This document shows positions 38,307-48,881 of a DNA stretch of 64,000 nucleotides, one piece after another. Positions within the stretch are counted from its first letter, which is position 1. Each line of letters opens with the position of its first letter. The DNA lies in sequence record OR352948.1; one strand, written 5' to 3'. The notes under the pieces were generated by a model that made no database searches, was not told the DNA's origin, and saw only the letters and a program-made list of their open reading frames with translations. The translations under genes and the position numbers were made by a program. The stretch is from Escherichia phage AV118.

Positions 38307-38354
38307 TTATTATCCAATGAGAGCATTATACTCTGCTCTCAAGAGTTTGTAAAT
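38307..38354 (-). promoter_or_regulatory. Strong early-type promoter, copy 2 of the 48-bp perfect repeat
   Basis: Identical 48-mer to 9635-9682 (TTTACA, 17 nt, TATAAT on the minus strand). Confidence 0.6.
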
Positions 38355-38581
38355 TATTTTTTAATCAAATTGACATAAAACTCGGCGTCTTCCGGGTGCA
38401 TGCCTTCACAGTATTCTTCAACCATGAACTTCTTAACGGCTTCATAAGGACCACTCAGATTAAGCTCAGTTGTCCAGAACTTGGAATCTTGGACTGAATC
38501 GATACGAACTTCAGGGTGACGGTTGCGAATAACTTCTTCAGTGTATTCATAATCAACGACATCAATACTAACTGTAGCCAT
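38354..38581 (-). CDS. Hypothetical acidic protein
   Basis: 75 aa ORF; SD gaggag. Confidence 0.45.
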   Translation of the reverse strand: MATVSIDVVDYEYTEEVIRNRHPEVRIDSVQDSKFWTTELNLSGPYEAVKKFMVEEYCEGMHPEDAEFYVNLIKK

Positions 38582-38588
38582 TTTGTTT

Positions 38589-38640
38589 CTCCTCTGTAGT
38601 TGATAAGTCTATAGTATCATAGACCATAGTTGTTGTACAT
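38589..38640 (-). promoter_or_regulatory. Promoter/stem-loop cassette (variant)
   Basis: ctcctctgtagttgataagtctatagtatcatagac...tgtaca. Confidence 0.35.
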
Positions 38641-38648
38641 CATTATTT

Positions 38649-38954
38649 TTAATTTTTCCAACTTAACAACTTGTAGTGTCCTTCATTAATACGTGGTTTA
38701 TCCCAAGAAATACTAATATATGATTCACTGTCAATAGAAGTCGTTTGGTTTTTCTCTACCGTAAGACCTTCACTTTCCAGCCATTCAATAGTATTTGCGC
38801 ATAAATCAGAAGAACACCTCATTGGAAACCGGCAAGATTTTTCACCTTTAGCTGCAGTGTTATACATCTTTTCTAAAATACGCTTTTGCACGTTTTTAAA
38901 AATAGTTTCAGCAGATTCTTCAGATTTTTTATTCAGTTCAGTGTAAAGACTCAT
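38649..38954 (-). CDS. Hypothetical protein
   Basis: 101 aa ORF; SD gaggaaa. Confidence 0.45.
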   Translation of the reverse strand: MSLYTELNKKSEESAETIFKNVQKRILEKMYNTAAKGEKSCRFPMRCSSDLCANTIEWLESEGLTVEKNQTTSIDSESYISISWDKPRINEGHYKLLSWKN

Positions 38955-38962
38955 AACATTTT

Positions 38963-39011
38963 CCTCTATGGTTGATAAGTCTATAGTATCATGTCCTTAG
39001 AAGAAGTAAAC
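38963..39011 (-). promoter_or_regulatory. Promoter/stem-loop cassette (variant)
   Basis: cctctatggttgataagtctatagtatcat...gtaaac. Confidence 0.4.
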
Positions 39012-39044
39012 ATCTTTATGAAATATTTTTATGCCCTAGATACC

Positions 39045-39071
39045 AAAAGGCCCCAACCATAAGGAAGGGGC
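39045..39071 (-). terminator. Rho-independent terminator
   Basis: Minus-strand gcccc-loop-ggggcc followed by UUUU, downstream of the ORF ending at 39078. Confidence 0.45.
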
Positions 39072-39077
39072 ATTCTA

Positions 39078-39542
39078 TTATTTAATTTGTTTAGCAGACC
39101 AGATACGGTCTTTAATAAGTTTTTGGATATCTTCAACATACTCAAGGCTATGAGCGTGAGGATTATCTTTGAAGCTATGTGCTCGTGCCAGTTTCTGTCC
39201 TTCTGTTTTGATTACTAAAAGCTCTTTAAGAATTGCTTCATACTTAGAAATAATTCCTTTGGCGATATTTTTTTCTTGAGCTGCTTTAGGGTCCACTTTT
39301 GGCGCAGGTGCTTTACCTGTAGCTTTCTGGAACAATTCACCTGATGCAGCTAGGCTTTTAAAAACTCGGCTAACAGTATTAGCATTAGTAAAACCTTCGG
39401 CTTTAAAATCTCTAATAAAACGGAAACGTTCTTCATCAGAGGCGTCTTTGTAAGAATATTTACCTGCTTGAATTGCTGCAATCGCAGCGGCTTTTACATC
39501 TGAACTAGATTGTTCAGTCAAAAATTCAGCGTATGATTTCAT
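39078..39542 (-). CDS. Internal-protein-like head protein (divergent capsid-targeting N-terminus)
   Basis: Starts MKSYAEFLTE|Q, the same pattern as the other IP-like genes; Ala/Lys-rich, 154 aa. Confidence 0.45.
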   Translation of the reverse strand: MKSYAEFLTEQSSSDVKAAAIAAIQAGKYSYKDASDEERFRFIRDFKAEGFTNANTVSRVFKSLAASGELFQKATGKAPAPKVDPKAAQEKNIAKGIISKYEAILKELLVIKTEGQKLARAHSFKDNPHAHSLEYVEDIQKLIKDRIWSAKQIK

Positions 39543-39587
39543 GTTGCTTTTCCTAAGTTAATTAACTTATCTATTTATTATTATGCC

Positions 39588-39615
39588 AAAAAGCCCCGAC
39601 CTTTCGGAAGGGGCT
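39588..39615 (-). terminator. Rho-independent terminator (repeat of 24464-24491)
   Basis: Same agcccc...ggggcu hairpin plus U-run on the minus strand. Confidence 0.55.
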
Positions 39616-39926
39616 AAGCCTTGCGGCAACCTTGTCGGGGTTCCACCTGCTAAGGCAAGTGTTTGTACGAAACGCCGGGATTCGAACCCGGTTATTAAGC
39701 AGTTGACGCTACTCAATATTTTTAAAAGGCCATATCTCGACCATATCCGAACGTTCCGTCAAAAACGCTACTCGGCTTACGGCAAAGATATTTCCTCGAA
39801 TCGATAATTCGGTGCGCCGTTTCTGCTGTGATATAAGGGGGCATTAACAAAACATAAAGATTTATTAATGCCAGTCCTTACTCAGGGAACATCAGTCCGA
39901 CGACTTACCGGTAGCGACCCGGCTTC

Positions 39927-40271
39927 TTATTTTGACATATCATCAATTTGCTCTCGACGCCGACGCCATAGATTAATCGCTTCATAAACACATTCTGCGT
40001 TTGGTATATGACGGCAATAATATAATGATTCGCGTTTCTGGAATCGATGTTGCAATTGGATTTCGTTTAAAAGGTCTTTACGGTCAAAGTATTCAAAACT
40101 AGTTAACCTGGAACGGTTTTTAATGAACTTCCAATGACCAAATTCATTTTGAACATAGATGTAATCTGCATGTTGGTATAACAAATTAATCAATCGGTCT
40201 GAAATAACTGTATCATGTTCGTTAAAATAAAACGTTAAATCATGAACTACTAAGTAAACATTACCTTTCAT
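39927..40271 (-). CDS. Hypothetical protein
   Basis: Start MKGNVYLVV with SD gaggaaa immediately downstream of tRNA-Arg. Confidence 0.4.
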   Translation of the reverse strand: MKGNVYLVVHDLTFYFNEHDTVISDRLINLLYQHADYIYVQNEFGHWKFIKNRSRLTSFEYFDRKDLLNEIQLQHRFQKRESLYYCRHIPNAECVYEAINLWRRRREQIDDMSK

Positions 40272-40289
40272 ATTTTCCTCACTTAAAAT

Positions 40290-40366
<77 letters not shown>

Positions 40367-40466
40367 ATGATGCGGCTTTGGGTGTTTCAGTGTTACTCGT
40401 TTGTAGGTTCTACTTTTAACCCTTATTCGAACAACTTACCTACCTAAGAGCGTACTCACCGCGAAT

Positions 40467-40541
40467 TGGTGGCCCTGGCTGGTTTCGATCCAGCTACCTA
40501 TCAGTTATGAGCTGACAGCTCTCCCATTGAGCTACAGGGCC
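40467..40541 (-). tRNA. tRNA with CAT anticodon (Ile-lysidine or Met)
   Basis: Hand-folded cloverleaf: acceptor ggccctg/cagggcc, D-arm gctc-aatggga-gagc, anticodon stem gtcag/ctgat with loop ctCATaa, T-arm gctgg-atcgaaa-ccagc, encoded CCA. Confidence 0.7.
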
Positions 40542-40637
40542 TAAATAACTTTCTATTATGAAAGGCACTTGAGGGAGCACCTTTGGTAATAGAGGGTAGA
40601 TTAATAATAACACATAATTCTTAAAGCAAATTACGTT

Positions 40638-40928
40638 TTACCGTACCATATTAATGTAGTTATATTCAATGCAACGTAATTTCAAAGGGTTCTTGAAAAT
40701 ATCATATTCAAGAGGGCCTTTTTCTGTTTCAATAAAGAAATCAAAGTTAACTGTGTTAAATTTAACGTCTTCACAGAGTAATTTAACTTGTGAAGATGAA
40801 CGGTCGATATAAACCTTTTCAACCTCAAAGATAGTCAGAATACCGTAGTCATTAACCAGTGCTTTAGCTGCACGTTGGTCGCTTTCATATCCGTTCTCAA
40901 TGGACGATACTTTAGCATAAAGAATCAT
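40638..40928 (-). CDS. Hypothetical protein
   Basis: 96 aa ORF. Confidence 0.45.
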   Translation of the reverse strand: MILYAKVSSIENGYESDQRAAKALVNDYGILTIFEVEKVYIDRSSSQVKLLCEDVKFNTVNFDFFIETEKGPLEYDIFKNPLKLRCIEYNYINMVR

Positions 40929-41287
40929 GAATGTTCCACCATTTCAAAGGTATGAGCATCAACAATATGATACCAGTCAAAATTTTCTTCCGCGTTTTTA
41001 TAAATTTCGCGAAGAGCTTCAACAGTTTTTCCTGTAGCAACAAGATCGTCAATACCACCAAGAGGATAACAGTAATAACCAGCAAACAGAAGGAAATTAA
41101 TAGTTTCTGTAGGTTCTGGATGCAGAACACCGTTATCATCTACCACTTCAAAGAAAGTGTAAGAAGGAGTACAAGTTTTAATCCAAGCCCATGCTTGGGC
41201 TGCTGAATCAAATGGACTGCGTATCAAACGACAATCAGGGTCTTTAGAAGGATTTGCTTCAAAATCCGCATATACGTGATATTTCAT
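40925..41287 (-). CDS. Hypothetical protein
   Basis: Start MKYHVYADF with SD aaggtga. Confidence 0.45.
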   Translation of the reverse strand: MKYHVYADFEANPSKDPDCRLIRSPFDSAAQAWAWIKTCTPSYTFFEVVDDNGVLHPEPTETINFLLFAGYYCYPLGGIDDLVATGKTVEALREIYKNAEENFDWYHIVDAHTFEMVEHS

Positions 41288-41288
41288 T

Positions 41289-41474
41289 TTACTCACCTTT
41301 TGCAATTTTATCCATAACGATAGCGATTAAGCCGATTAGAAATGCTACTACCAATGAGATAGAATTTTCTGTTGTTGTCAGTAGTCCACAAATGAATCCT
41401 ACAAACATCGAAAAACTAAAAGCCATTGAAGCAATTACTACAGCAACATTACGAATCAGTTCAGCGCGTTTCAT
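41289..41474 (-). CDS. Small membrane protein
   Basis: Single hydrophobic helix; SD ggag. Confidence 0.4.
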   Translation of the reverse strand: MKRAELIRNVAVVIASMAFSFSMFVGFICGLLTTTENSISLVVAFLIGLIAIVMDKIAKGE

Positions 41475-41495
41475 TTTATTTCTCCATTTACTCAT

Positions 41496-41541
41496 TTGTT
41501 TTGATAGGACTACTATAACATATCCCTATAGGCTTGTATAC
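41496..41541 (-). promoter_or_regulatory. Promoter/stem-loop cassette
   Basis: ttgttttgataggactactataacatatccctat... Confidence 0.4.
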
Positions 41542-41543
41542 CT

Positions 41544-41807
41544 TTATTTCAAATATATTGCGTATTTTTTATAGCCACCAGGCTCGTGTCGAAGACCTTT
41601 ATCATTCGCAAAACGTTGAATGTTATTGAACTGATTTTCATCAAGTTCGGATGTGTCAAATACGAAAAAGTTTCGTTTGTTACCAAGCGTGATATGCGGA
41701 GTTAAGTCAATGTTATACAAATTAAGAATATCAGCAATAACCTGATTGACCGCTTTGTTAATTTTCACACCAGATGATTCTGAGATGAATTCGTTGAAAG
41801 TTTTCAT
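41544..41807 (-). CDS. Internal-protein-like head protein with capsid-targeting N-terminus
   Basis: From the internal start MKTFNEFISE|S. Confidence 0.55.
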   Translation of the reverse strand: MKTFNEFISESSGVKINKAVNQVIADILNLYNIDLTPHITLGNKRNFFVFDTSELDENQFNNIQRFANDKGLRHEPGGYKKYAIYLK

Positions 41808-41823
41808 TTTAGGTTCCATTTGG

Positions 41824-41869
41824 TTGTTTTGATAGGACTACTATAACATAGTCCTATCGTGTTGTAAAT
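41824..41869 (-). promoter_or_regulatory. Promoter/stem-loop cassette
   Basis: gataggacta-ctataaca-tagtcctatc, a 10-bp inverted repeat. Confidence 0.45.
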
Positions 41870-42180
41870 TATTTTATGCCTTTAGAAGAAATGGTATTTT
41901 GGCGTTTGACCCCTGTTTGTGAAAAATCGTGGTTATCGATTTGGTCGACTCGCATAACACCAAATGCAGATTTAATTTTAGCCTTTGAACCTTTTTTAAT
42001 ACTAATTACCATATAAGTATCATTTTTCTTATATTCGAAATTTGTTACTTCAACGCCTTGATTAGAAATTGACTTAATAATAGCATTAGCGTATTCATCA
42101 TCTAACGGACCGGTGGTGTTAATAATAAAATTTTTATCGGCTTTAGTAGCTTCAGCGATAAACTCTTGATAAGTTTTCAT
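41869..42180 (-). CDS. Internal-protein-like head protein at the ipI locus
   Basis: Starts MKTYQEFIAE|A; immediately upstream of 57B, as ipI is in T4. Confidence 0.6.
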   Translation of the reverse strand: MKTYQEFIAEATKADKNFIINTTGPLDDEYANAIIKSISNQGVEVTNFEYKKNDTYMVISIKKGSKAKIKSAFGVMRVDQIDNHDFSQTGVKRQNTISSKGIK

Positions 42181-42195
42181 TTTATTTCCTTGAGG

Positions 42196-42244
42196 TTGTT
42201 TATTTGATAGGATGATAGTAACACACCATCATCCTTATGTAAAC
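42196..42244 (-). promoter_or_regulatory. Promoter/stem-loop cassette
   Basis: gataggatgat-agtaacacacc-atcatcc...gtaaac. Confidence 0.4.
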
Positions 42245-42257
42245 TGTTTTGTGAAAA

Positions 42258-42943
<686 letters not shown>

Positions 42944-42947
42944 TTTA

Positions 42948-43682
42948 TTACCTTAAGATTGTTTCAATTTTAGAATAAAGCTCTTCTAAAGAGCCGTCGT
43001 TTGTAATAACTAAATCGCCTTCTTCAATAGGCAACCCAGCTTCTGTAATATGTTTATCTGTGGATTCCGTACCAGAGCGAACCACATGAATAACTGTAGC
43101 ACCCATCGCTCTAGCGGTTTCCATTTCATGGACTTGGCGTGTATCGGTCACAACATAGTAATCGAAATCACTTCCAATATAATCCATATAGTTTAATGCA
43201 AAAAGTTTAACCCAATACATACGGTCAAATAAATTAACGACAACATCCGTACCGAGGGCTTGCATAAGACGGCGGATTGACCATGTGTCGTTGATATTAT
43301 TTATAGCTTCACGCAGGGCTTCATATGGTTTAATATCTAGATACGAATATCCACCTTCTAACGATGATAATACTTTAACATTATTAATTGGTAAATATTG
43401 ACTTTGCAAATAAATTAGCGCTTCTTCCAATAATTCAATAACATCCAACTTATTGATATTTAATGGCGTTTCACGGTCATATCCGATACCTTCAAAGTAT
43501 TCGTATTTCAACTCTGTGAATACATCAGGATTTTCAGCATGCCTACGTCCCCAGGCTATTGCTAGAGAGTCTTTAATTGGATATGCTAATTGGTATTTTA
43601 CGGATTTAAAGTTTGAATTGATGTAATCAGCAGTAGTGTCTTTACCACTACGTTTGATGCCACTTAAAAAGATTAGCTCCAT
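42948..43682 (-). CDS. 1: Deoxynucleoside monophosphate kinase gp1
   Basis: 244 aa with P-loop GIKRSGKDT; matches recalled T4 gp1 N-terminus. Confidence 0.9.
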   Translation of the reverse strand: MELIFLSGIKRSGKDTTADYINSNFKSVKYQLAYPIKDSLAIAWGRRHAENPDVFTELKYEYFEGIGYDRETPLNINKLDVIELLEEALIYLQSQYLPINNVKVLSSLEGGYSYLDIKPYEALREAINNINDTWSIRRLMQALGTDVVVNLFDRMYWVKLFALNYMDYIGSDFDYYVVTDTRQVHEMETARAMGATVIHVVRSGTESTDKHITEAGLPIEEGDLVITNDGSLEELYSKIETILR

Positions 43683-43735
43683 AGGTTTTCCTCATATAAT
43701 TTATGAGTGATTATAACATACGGAGCTAGAAGCGA

Positions 43736-44326
43736 TTAACGCAAGGAAGGGTGTCTAGAAATGGATTTAGATTCGACCGCTTGACGTGGTTGTTGAGATA
43801 CAATGACTTCACCATCCTTTTCTATCGTCATATACGCATAGTGAATAGTTGCTACGCACGTAACGGCAGGGTCAGAATCTTCAGTGTAACTAAATTCAAT
43901 TTCACTCAAATCAGAAATCCATGGTTTATAGAAATTTGCCGTCAAAACTACTTCTGTCTTATTGTTGTTTAAAATGTGCAAAGTAACAAACTCAGGACCA
44001 TCGGAGTGGGCCGTATTATGCCCAGTTATATAGTTATTAGTGCTGAGCATCCATTTATACATGTTCATCCAGGACGTCATGTCTTCATCAACTATAAATC
44101 GTACAACAAAAGGGTCATATTCAAATGTGGTGCCTGCACGCATTGCACGTCCTAACCCCATCGTGCCTGTCACAGTTTCAACAACAGGAATTCTCACACC
44201 TGGCAACGGTGCCGTTTGGGCATTGAGCACAAAACCTGAAGTTCGTGTACTATCTGGGATATCCACAACAAAGTTTGTTATATTTGTTTGGTTAAAAATC
44301 TGTCTCGTTGGACGAGTCATAAGCAC
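43736..44326 (-). CDS. 3: Tail completion/tube terminator protein gp3
   Basis: ORF between genes 1 and 2, as in T4; start may be a few codons downstream. Confidence 0.65.
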   Translation of the reverse strand: MLMTRPTRQIFNQTNITNFVVDIPDSTRTSGFVLNAQTAPLPGVRIPVVETVTGTMGLGRAMRAGTTFEYDPFVVRFIVDEDMTSWMNMYKWMLSTNNYITGHNTAHSDGPEFVTLHILNNNKTEVVLTANFYKPWISDLSEIEFSYTEDSDPAVTCVATIHYAYMTIEKDGEVIVSQQPRQAVESKSISRHPSLR

Positions 44327-44422
44327 CTCAAAAACGCTTTAATAAAAATGCAGTATAATGGTTTTAGGTCTCTTCCATTAATCTGGTTCAACAGAATATC
44401 AGAAGAACGGAAGAGAATAGAA

Positions 44423-45244
44423 TTAAGATTTCCAAACAGTATTCGCAGAGAAACGTTTTCCTTTTGACATAAACTGCTGAGTAGGTAACATGATTATGTT
44501 AGCCCAGTCTTTAGGAGCTATTTCTGTTATTGTTCCTCTAATGTGGCCTGGCAGGTATGCTTTAATCATTTTGTCAGCACCTTGAAATCCTTTCACCTTG
44601 CTCCAGTCTATCTTCAACTTTGTGTTATTAGTAATAGTAGTTGTGCTAGCATATTGCTTCAGCAATTCTTCAAGAAACTGTTGTCGTGCTTTAGGTGGGA
44701 TATAGTGCAAGTTTAACCCATACATCAAATTATGTTTACCTAATCCTAAATAAATAATCAAAGGATAACGGTCCCAGTATGGCAGAGTATCTTTATGTTT
44801 AGCATCATACACGTAAGTATAAATTTTGCCTGGCGTAGGCTTGACTACTTTATGACCTTTTACACTTTTCTTAATTGTTTCAACAAACCACTTAGATGAT
44901 TTGTTGTTTACTGCTGCGCCTTCATTTCTAATCTTTTCTCGTATTGAACTGCGAAACGAGTTTATCATCAGAAGTTGACGTTCTTGCTTATTGAGTTTAT
45001 TTTTAGGTTTAGATTCAAGCGTTTCAATTTTCTGTGCAGTCTTAATAGATGATGCATATCTAGACATTGCAGATGTAAACGACGAGTATTTTATTCCTTT
45101 TGATTCTGCAAATGCTTTTGCGGTGATTCCTTTCTCTTTAGCTTTCTTGTATTCTAATCCTATCTCAATCCATTTTCTTTCATTCATAGACTGAGCAATC
45201 TTAGGGGCTTGTGCGCCTTCAGATATAATTTGGAATATGCTCAT
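44423..45244 (-). CDS. 2: DNA end-protector protein gp2
   Basis: 273 aa, matching T4 gp2 in size and order. Confidence 0.8.
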   Translation of the reverse strand: MSIFQIISEGAQAPKIAQSMNERKWIEIGLEYKKAKEKGITAKAFAESKGIKYSSFTSAMSRYASSIKTAQKIETLESKPKNKLNKQERQLLMINSFRSSIREKIRNEGAAVNNKSSKWFVETIKKSVKGHKVVKPTPGKIYTYVYDAKHKDTLPYWDRYPLIIYLGLGKHNLMYGLNLHYIPPKARQQFLEELLKQYASTTTITNNTKLKIDWSKVKGFQGADKMIKAYLPGHIRGTITEIAPKDWANIIMLPTQQFMSKGKRFSANTVWKS

Positions 45245-45246
45245 AA

Positions 45247-45696
45247 TTACCCCTTGTATCCGAGTTTTCTAAGTCCGTCTTCGGTTAGAACTCGAAATTT
45301 TATATTTCTCTTTTCAGCAACAGCTGAGGCAGCTTTCCATTTGTCACAGTTCACAGACCAGGTATATATTTCATTCATATAACGTTTCTTTGCTGCGGTC
45401 GTAAGATTTGCGGGCTTAATAGGTGGCTGAGTTTCTTTCTTTGGTTTTATTTCTACAAAAAACTCTTGACCTGATGCATCTTTCATCCATATGTCCATAT
45501 AGTATCGACGTTTCTTACCTTCAGCATTACAAAAATATGGAATTACTGCTGTTTCACTACCCCATGCAATAATTTCTGGATTTTTATCCAACCATTCGAA
45601 AAAGAATTTTTCCCAGTTTGAACGATACGTTATTTTGGTATGGTCTCCACGGTATTTTTTTAAATTTTTTGGGACCCATTTACCAGAGTAGGCCAT
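45247..45696 (-). CDS. 4: Head completion protein gp4
   Basis: From [11 protein letters not shown] it is 150 aa, near-identical to recalled T4 gp4; SD aggagg. Confidence 0.85.
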   Translation of the reverse strand: MAYSGKWVPKNLKKYRGDHTKITYRSNWEKFFFEWLDKNPEIIAWGSETAVIPYFCNAEGKKRRYYMDIWMKDASGQEFFVEIKPKKETQPPIKPANLTTAAKKRYMNEIYTWSVNCDKWKAASAVAEKRNIKFRVLTEDGLRKLGYKG

Positions 45697-45707
45697 GTTG
45701 TCCTCCT

Positions 45708-45715
45708 TATAAATA
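45708..45715 (+). promoter_or_regulatory. T4-type late promoter for gene 53
   Basis: Exact TATAAATA about 43 nt upstream of the gene 53 TTG start. Confidence 0.55.
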
Positions 45716-45722
45716 GTATTAT

Positions 45723-45730
45723 TATTTATA
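45723..45730 (-). promoter_or_regulatory. T4-type late promoter for gene 4 (divergent from the gene 53 promoter)
   Basis: Plus-strand tatttata is TATAAATA on the minus strand, about 27 nt upstream of the gene 4 ATG. Confidence 0.5.
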
Positions 45731-45757
45731 CCAATTTCATATTGGAAGGAGACTATC

Positions 45758-46333
45758 TTGTTATTTACATTCTTCGACCCAATAGGATATAGTGCTAAAA
45801 CAGTTAATAAGAATGCACCTACTATTCCTATGACAGACATATTTCGTAACTATAAAGAGTACTTTAAGCGTGTGGCTGCCAATTATAGATTACGTTCTTA
45901 TTACATTAAAGGCTCTCCACGTCCTGAAGAACTAGCGAATATCATTTATGGCAACCCGCAATTATACTGGGTTCTTTTGATGTGCAACGATAACTACGAC
46001 CCGTATTATGGTTGGATTACATCTCAGGAAGCAGCGTATCAAGCTTCTATTCAGAAATATGCTAATGCTGGTGGAGACCAAATTCTTTACCATATTAATG
46101 AGAACCGTGAGAAATTTTACAATTTAGTTTCATATCCTGATGAGCCTTTAGTGTGGTACGATAAAGGTGATGAAGCTCGTAAGTATCCGCAATATAAAGG
46201 ACCTTTAGCTGCAGTAGATACTTATGAAGCGGCAGTATTAGATAATGAAAAACTTCGTAAAATAAAAATTGTTGCAAAAGAAGATATAAACTCGTTTATC
46301 ACAGATTTGATTCGTGAGATGGAGATTGCATAA
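45758..46333 (+). CDS. 53: Baseplate wedge protein gp53
   Basis: TTG start preceded by SD ggaagga; product MLFTFFDP... near-identical to recalled T4 gp53. Confidence 0.9.
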   Translation: MLFTFFDPIGYSAKTVNKNAPTIPMTDIFRNYKEYFKRVAANYRLRSYYIKGSPRPEELANIIYGNPQLYWVLLMCNDNYDPYYGWITSQEAAYQASIQKYANAGGDQILYHINENREKFYNLVSYPDEPLVWYDKGDEARKYPQYKGPLAAVDTYEAAVLDNEKLRKIKIVAKEDINSFITDLIREMEIA

Positions 46334-48066
46334 TGGAAATGATTAGCAGTAGCCTTAATTGGTTCGTGGGTGTTGTCGAGGACAGAATGGACCCATTAAA
46401 ACAAGGGCGAGTTCGAGTTCGAGTCGTTGGTCTTCATCCGGCACAGAGAGCACAAGGTGATGTACAAGGTATTCCTACAGAAAAACTTCCATGGATGACT
46501 GTTATTCAACCTATTACGTCTGCATCAATGTCAGGTATTGGTGGTTCTGTTACAGGTCCTGTTGAAGGAACTCGAGTATATGGTCATTTCTTAGACAAAT
46601 GGAAAACAAACGGGATTGTACTTGGTACGTATGGCGGAATTGTACGTGAAAAGCCTAATAAACTTGAAGGTTTTTCAGACCCGACAGGCCAGTATCCGCG
46701 ACGTTTAGGTAATGATACGAACGTATTAAACCAAGGTGGTGAAGCTGGTTATTATTCGAACTCTAACGTAATTCAAGATAACAACTTGGATTATGGTATA
46801 AACCCAGACGATACAGATTTAGCAAATATTCCAGAAGATGATGACCCTAATTTTACAATAACAGAAATGTTACGTCGTGACGAAGGTCTTCGTGATAAAG
46901 TGTATTGGGACCATCTCGGATATCCTACCGTAGGTATTGGTCACCTTATCGTAATGGAAAAGACCCGAGATATGTCTCGAATTAATAAATTGTTATCTGA
47001 TCAAGTAGGGCGTGAAGTAACAGGAAATCCCGGAACTATTACATTAGAAGAAGCAACAGCGTTATTTGAGAAAGACCTTGCTAAGATGCAGAAAGACATT
47101 CGTTCTAATTCTAAAGTAGGTCCTGTTTATGCTAAAATGAACAGGTCTCGTCAAATGGCATTAGAAAACATGTGCTTCCAAATGGGTGTTGGTGGTGTAG
47201 CAAAATTCAATACTATGCTTAAAGCAATGGCCACAGGCGATTGGAAAACTGCATACAAATCTGGACGCGATTCATTATGGTTCCAACAGACTAAAGGACG
47301 CGCTTCACGTGTAACAACAATTATTTTAACCGGTAATATGGAATCATACGGTGTTCCTGTTAAAACACCGCCTTCACCAGGAGTTGGTGCCGATTTAGTT
47401 ACTAGAAATACCGATCCAGAAGACCCGGCCGGTCCTCCTGTTCCATTAGATTCACGTATCCTTTTTAAAGAACCAGAATCAAGTTATCGTGGTGAGTATC
47501 CATACGTTCATGCTATGGAAACAGAAAGTGGTCATATCCAAGAATTTGACGATACTCCAGGTAATGAACGTTATCGCTTAGTTCATCCAACAGGGTCATA
47601 TGAGGAAGTTTCTCCGTCTGGGCGTCGTACTCGTAAAACTGTAGAAGACCTTTTTGACATCACTAATGGTGATGGGAACTTCTTGATTTCTGGCGATAAG
47701 CTTGTTAACGTTGGTGCTAATGAAATATATTATAACATGGCAGACCGCCTCCATCAAATAGACGGCAATGACACAATCTTTATTCGTGGTAACCAATCTA
47801 AAACTGTTGAAGGCGATGGAACTCTTTACGTTAAGGGTAATATCAAAATAGTTGTTGACGGAAATGCAGATATTCTTGTTAAAGGTGATGCTAAAACTCA
47901 GGTCGAAGGGAATCATGATTACACCGTCAACGGAAACGTTAAATGGACTGTTAATGGTAATGTTGATATGACTGTTGCCGGGGATTGGGCAGAAACAATG
48001 TCTACAATGAGCTCAGTAGCTTCAGGACAATACACTGTTGACGGATCTCGTATTGATATTGGGTAA
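46333..48066 (+). CDS. 5: Baseplate hub and tail lysozyme gp5
   Basis: 577 aa; central T4-lysozyme-like domain (DEGLRDKVYWDHLGYPTVGIGH) and C-terminal VxGxxxxx beta-helix repeats. Confidence 0.95.
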   Translation: MEMISSSLNWFVGVVEDRMDPLKQGRVRVRVVGLHPAQRAQGDVQGIPTEKLPWMTVIQPITSASMSGIGGSVTGPVEGTRVYGHFLDKWKTNGIVLGTYGGIVREKPNKLEGFSDPTGQYPRRLGNDTNVLNQGGEAGYYSNSNVIQDNNLDYGINPDDTDLANIPEDDDPNFTITEMLRRDEGLRDKVYWDHLGYPTVGIGHLIVMEKTRDMSRINKLLSDQVGREVTGNPGTITLEEATALFEKDLAKMQKDIRSNSKVGPVYAKMNRSRQMALENMCFQMGVGGVAKFNTMLKAMATGDWKTAYKSGRDSLWFQQTKGRASRVTTIILTGNMESYGVPVKTPPSPGVGADLVTRNTDPEDPAGPPVPLDSRILFKEPESSYRGEYPYVHAMETESGHIQEFDDTPGNERYRLVHPTGSYEEVSPSGRRTRKTVEDLFDITNGDGNFLISGDKLVNVGANEIYYNMADRLHQIDGNDTIFIRGNQSKTVEGDGTLYVKGNIKIVVDGNADILVKGDAKTQVEGNHDYTVNGNVKWTVNGNVDMTVAGDWAETMSTMSSVASGQYTVDGSRIDIG

Positions 48067-48069
48067 TAT

Positions 48070-48585
48070 ATGGCACAAATACTTCCTTTAAATACCGACT
48101 TAGGAGAAGACATGGAAGGGGCGTCTATTGACGTCCTTTTTACTCCGCAGTTAGAAACAACCGAAACTTTAGTGTCAATAAATATAACAGATTATGAACC
48201 GACACAAGGCATTACGGTAGATGGTAATCGTTTATATGGAACATATGAAAGTGTGTTTAGCTTTTCTTCGGACGCATTGAAATACCGATTAAATGATGAT
48301 TTTGAAACCGCATCTTCATGGGATGATTTACCAAAAGATGAGTCCACACAGTTATATTTGTGGAGAGCTCCTCAGAATCTTCGTAAAGTGTTTAGTTATA
48401 CGGTTGAAATGATTTATAACTACCAAGAAGAAAGTTCATCAGGCGGTTCTAGAAGCGACTCTGGTACAGAACCTCCACCGGCTCCAGTACAAAAAACTCT
48501 TACTAAGGTTTATACAAAAACTATAGTAGGAAATTGGAGCAAATGGGCTCATCAATTACGAAACTATGTTTATGAGAGGCCGTGA
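48070..48585 (+). CDS. 5.1: Baseplate-associated protein gp5.1
   Basis: 171 aa ORF between 5 and 5.4. Confidence 0.6.
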   Translation: MAQILPLNTDLGEDMEGASIDVLFTPQLETTETLVSINITDYEPTQGITVDGNRLYGTYESVFSFSSDALKYRLNDDFETASSWDDLPKDESTQLYLWRAPQNLRKVFSYTVEMIYNYQEESSSGGSRSDSGTEPPPAPVQKTLTKVYTKTIVGNWSKWAHQLRNYVYERP

Positions 48586-48587
48586 AA

Positions 48588-48881
48588 ATGTCTGGCTTAA
48601 GTTACGACAAGTGCGTTACAACAGGTCATGAAGCATGGCCTCCTACTGTAATAAATGCTTCCCAATCTAAAGTGTTCACCGGCGGTATTCCTGTTCTTGT
48701 GGCAGGAGACCAAATAACACCTCATACAGAAATTAAAAAACCATACGAGACTCATGGAGGTGTTACTGAACCTCGTACATCTAAAGTATACGTCACCGGT
48801 AAAAAGGCCGTTCAAATGGCTGACCCAATTTCATGCGGGGATACTGTTTCTCAGGCCTCGTCAAAAGTCTTTATAAAATAG
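48588..48881 (+). CDS. 5.4: PAAR-repeat tail-spike tip protein gp5.4
   Basis: [19 protein letters not shown]...PISCGDTV; essentially identical to recalled T4 gp5.4. Confidence 0.85.
   Translation: MSGLSYDKCVTTGHEAWPPTVINASQSKVFTGGIPVLVAGDQITPHTEIKKPYETHGGVTEPRTSKVYVTGKKAVQMADPISCGDTVSQASSKVFIK

Noticed and set aside
37639-38320. Plus-strand ORFs 37639-38157 and 38024-38320 opposite the coiled-coil gene
   Set aside because: They are antisense to a minus-strand gene that has a promoter, SD and terminator; the plus strand carries no expression signals here.
39650-39760. Third tRNA gene around the ccgggttcgaatcccgg T-arm-like sequence
   Set aside because: No matching acceptor stem, D-arm or anticodon arm could be built by hand at canonical spacing; left as an unexplained tRNA-like fragment rather than annotated as a tRNA.
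48860-48880. ctttataaaatag near the end of gene 5.4 as a late promoter for gene 6
   Set aside because: It is not an exact TATAAATA and lies inside the 5.4 coding sequence; gene 6 is more likely co-transcribed with 5/5.4.
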